This document shows, piece after piece, positions 60,435 to 64,000 of a DNA stretch of 64,000 nucleotides. The number at the start of each line of letters is the position of its first letter. Positions within the stretch are counted from its first letter, which is position 1. The DNA comes from Chlorokybus atmophyticus (lineage: Eukaryota; Plantae; Mesostigma and Chlorokybus algae): assembly GCA_009103225.1 (NCBI GenBank), contig RHPI01001403.1, positions 1-64,000 on the forward strand, read 5' to 3'. The position numbers and the translations under genes were made by a program. Below the pieces are notes generated by a model. The model saw only the letters and a program-made list of their open reading frames with translations, did not search any database and was not told the origin of the DNA.

Positions 60435-62552
60435 TCATGCATCAAATATCTGCGAGACAACTGTGAGTCTACCTGTGCTTACACAAGACATACAGTATTG
60501 AGACACACATGTAACTGTAGCACAGTAAACCACGCACCTATGGATGACGAGGGCTGTCGCATCCACTGCCTCTTGGGTTGCCATGGCTTCTTCTTCCTTC
60601 CCTCGCTCAACAGCCCTGCAATGTGTAGTCATCATGACAACTACCCAAGGACTGTTAATGACTTGCAGTTCAATATGCACACCTGGTAGTTTGCGAGATT
60701 CATACCGCCACTCGCACCCTCCTTCAACCTCGTTGTTCGCCACCAACCACTTTTTCTTTGCTGCAAAGCTGACAATTGCTCGCAAGATCCTCTCGTCTGG
60801 ATGAGACTCCATTCGCTCAGGATCCTTGAAAGCAGCTGGTGACGACCGGTGAACACCGCGTGCTCAATGTGCTGGTAGTATTCGTACACGTCCATCGCCT
60901 GCTCTCTGGTGGGAGCATTTGGTTTGGTGTCGCAAACAATCGCAGCTACATAATCCAAGTCCATTGCAAATGTTTGACAGTCGGAGATGGCTCCAGCAGC
61001 CAGCACATGTCATACATCCGTCAATAGATTGCATTGGCGACTGTCCATGGGACAGCCTGCGACTGTCAAGTGACTGTGAGGACCACGAGTGCGCGGCGTA
61101 ACATAGCGCCATACAAGCATGGTGTGATATGTGTGTGCGACTGTTCGTGTGTGACAGAGTGCAACAGATAGTTGGAGACAATGCGTAACGTGATGTAAGA
61201 GATGGTATGTGTGCTGTTGTGAGTGTGTGCGCAAACGCGTGCCAATAAGTCATGCCGTGTGCTAACAACAGCCTTTACTGACCTCTGTGTCTGTGTCTGT
61301 GCTGTGCCGAGCTGCGGTCGTAGGCAGTATGTCCTTGATGCAACCCGGCACCCCAATGTGATCGTCGTTGCCGCATGCCTCACAGGGACAGATGCCTCCG
61401 CCGGCCAAGAACATCATGGGCCACTCCATCTCCCTGCCCTGCATGTTGTTTAACACAGAAACAGTCTTGCACTTATGCACCATACAGTCACAGCAAGAGC
61501 ATATCCACAGCAAGCAATGTACCTCCAGAGTACGCCCACCATGGCAGCTGCTTGCCAGCTGGCCATAGAGAAAATGCCTCTCTTTTACAGGTAGGCGAAT
61601 GCCATGGCACCTCAGGCAAGAGCAAATCCTCTGGGAGACTTCTTGCTGCTCGGGTTCTTCAACAGCGTCTCTGTCACTAGTCAGCGCATGCAAGTCGTCA
61701 GTTGGCATGTCAACAATCTCTTGCAGGTCTGATTGTTGCCATGAATGCTGAGAGGGGGCAGCACTGCTGGTGCCGGCCATGTTTACAGTCGGCTGTGGAG
61801 CAGACTGTTGTTGAAGTGGAGTTGTCGCTGCACTGCCGGTGCCAGCCATGTTGACAATCGGCTGTCTATTGAATTGCGGTGGAGTGGCTGTTGCGGCACT
61901 GCTGTTGCGGGCAACATCGACAGTCGGCTGACCACCTAACTAATGCCTTGGGTGAAGTGTGGCTGACACTCTACTGGTAGTGATGCCGGCCACATGGACA
62001 ATTGGCTGTTGATTTGCGAGAGGCCTACAGAAATCCTGCAATTAGACCATATGCACTGGCACCATCAACTGACAGCAATACACAGCAAGGCAGCTAGTGC
62101 ACGCAGTTCGTCGATAGTCTCCGAGCATGGTGAAGGTAGCTGTCACAGCAAGGATAGTAGTTGGCATGCATAGTAGACCGCGTGACCATTGCGTGAGAAG
62201 AAAGTAAGGTAAGCAAGTAAACTTACTGCTCATGCTGCTGGCTGATCTCGCCATCAAGCTGGTCGTGCGTGGCCTCAAGTTCATGGGCAGGCTGTGGGCT
62301 GTCAACATCTTGCTGGACATCAGCCGCAGCTCCCTGCTCCGGCAAGGGTAGGGAACTCTGTTGGCTGCGACGGCGGTTGTTCCTACGAAGGGTGTTCCTC
62401 TTACTGGCTGGTTGCAAGTTGATTCCCAGCTTAGCACTAATGTCCCTGGCAAAGTTGACAGCTTTCTTGCTTGCCATTGTTATTCCGCCAACATTCCTCC
62501 ACCAAGGGCACCGCCAAGAGGCCGCCGCCACCATCAAGAGCGCCGCCGCCAA
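60435..62552 (-). pseudogene. Multi-exon gene with CxCxxC motifs resembling CACTA transposase-associated N-termini; catalytic core not seen
   Basis: ICSCLRCHG and ICPCEACGN motifs. GT-AG boundaries. AAAACCCTA just upstream at about 62568. Confidence 0.35.
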
Positions 62553-62579
62553 CTCAACGAGCGCTAAAACCCTACTGCG

Positions 62580-63510
62580 CAGACCATGGTATTATGAGCC
62601 CATGCACGTGAGTTGACAGTCGCACCATGCACGATGCGACGATCACTTTGACAGTAGTCATTGCCCACCGTTCGATATGCATGGATCGACGGTCAAAAGA
62701 GGCTGAGCTACGTCTTGGCCCAGCCTTTGAGCAAGATCAGTTCAAAAACATAGTTAAACTGGGGGGAAACTGGGGGGAAACTCTCATGACTTACCTGTGA
62801 GAGCTAACAACGGTACGTATACACCTGATCATTTTTAGTGCAGCTTGTTTCCAGCAGTTTTTCTTACTTGACGCGCCAGCAGTGGTCCACCTTAAGCATT
62901 AACAGTCGGACCATGCGAATCAAGTTGACAGTCGCACCATGCACGGTGCGACTGTCAATGTGGGCAACTGATTGGCTAGGCATCAGAGTTTCATGACTTG
63001 GTAAACACTGCTGGCGCGTCAAATAAAGAAGGGATTATAGCAGCCACTTCCAGACACCGTTAGTGCGCCTCTTCTCAGGAGCGTACAAGGACCATGCACG
63101 CTGACCCCTCTACGCGACTGAGGGAAGGGGCGTATTGACGGTGGCTGCCGAAGCTGCGGAAAATGTGGTATGACTTGAATATATGTAGGGTGATATTGGC
63201 TAGTTTTGCGCACACATTAGGTGTCGATATGACCGTCGATCTATGCTGATCGAATGGTGGGCAATGTATCATACATAGAGTTAAGACTTGACAGTCGCAC
63301 CATGGTGCGACTGTCCATGAGCTGAGCATTCCTCAGCAATGGTCCGCCCAATCATTTATGTTTGGACCAACCTCGGACCATGCATGGTTCAGCAATCATG
63401 GAGAACCGACCACGAATGATCCGTACTGTCGTATAAACTCGGACCAGGAAGGCTTGGTTAGGTTAAAGACCATGAATGGTCCGCAACCTTACGAAAATGT
63501 GGACCAGTAC
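62580..63510. repeat. Second block of GGACCAT / GACAGTCGCACCATG..CGACTGTC motifs
   Basis: GACAGTCGCACCATG occurs at about 62616, 62927 and 63290 with local hairpins. The same motif family as 59510-60140. Confidence 0.7.
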
Positions 63511-64000
63511 AGTCGGGTCGCCCGAGGGGCTTTTCCCTGCTACCCATCTTGCAAGCCTCGACCCCGTGTGTCGGGCGTGATCAGCGTGTTACACGAAGAG
63601 TCGCATGGAAAGTGCTGGCTGCCGGGGTTGGGCAGTCATGTATTTGCGCGTGGATTCATGGCGGATCGAGGTGGGACGTGATGGGTTTGGAGGATTGGGT
63701 GGGGTGGTGAGTCCTCAAGCTTCGGTGCGGGTCGCGGCGTTGCGTGGTATAACGGCGTCGTGACTCTGCAACCCATTTTAGCATTTTAACTGAATATGAC
63801 CGGCCAAATGTCGATGCTGTTTAACGACAGACTAACGATGGTGTTATGTTGCGAGCAGTCGATTGTCAACGCATGCATGTCAACAAATGGTTATTGTATG
63901 TTGTTGTGCTCATGCAAGCGATGTGCCTCGCCGACGATCCACGCGACCTTGCATGCATCCAATCCAGGCCGCCGCCGGCCTGGTGCCCAGGCAGGCGGCG

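Overview
This is eukaryotic, intron-rich DNA of roughly 50-55% GC, most likely from a chlorophyte green alga. That assignment is inferred from GT-AG intron style, chromoviral Gypsy elements, half-tRNA-primed Copia elements and TTAGGG repeats. Almost the whole window is nested transposable elements. 1-8.7 kb holds a decayed Copia element that contains an inverted solo LTR of its own family and a second, gag-protease-only Copia. Two young chromoviral Gypsy elements lie at 12435-16462 and 21515-27651, both with intact TSDs. Ends and genes of at least three CAC-terminated CACTA/EnSpm-type families are present. The centrepiece is a ~20 kb CACTA-type element (32255-52249) with 39-bp TIRs and TGAATA subterminal repeats. 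Besides TnpD-like and TnpA-like genes it carries apparent chromatin/ubiquitin cargo: (i) a Zn-finger + Tudor region in frame (across one TAA) with a phage/bacterial-type C5 DNA cytosine methyltransferase, (ii) an NSD-like PHD-C5HCH module joined to a Ulp1/SENP-type SUMO protease, and (iii) an OTU deubiquitinase joined to coiled-coil repeats and a gag-like domain. This copy is partly decayed, with an internal deletion, frameshifts and nonsense codons that are mostly TAA/TAG. All domain calls come from motifs read by eye and no database search was run. Exon boundaries and gene ends are approximate.
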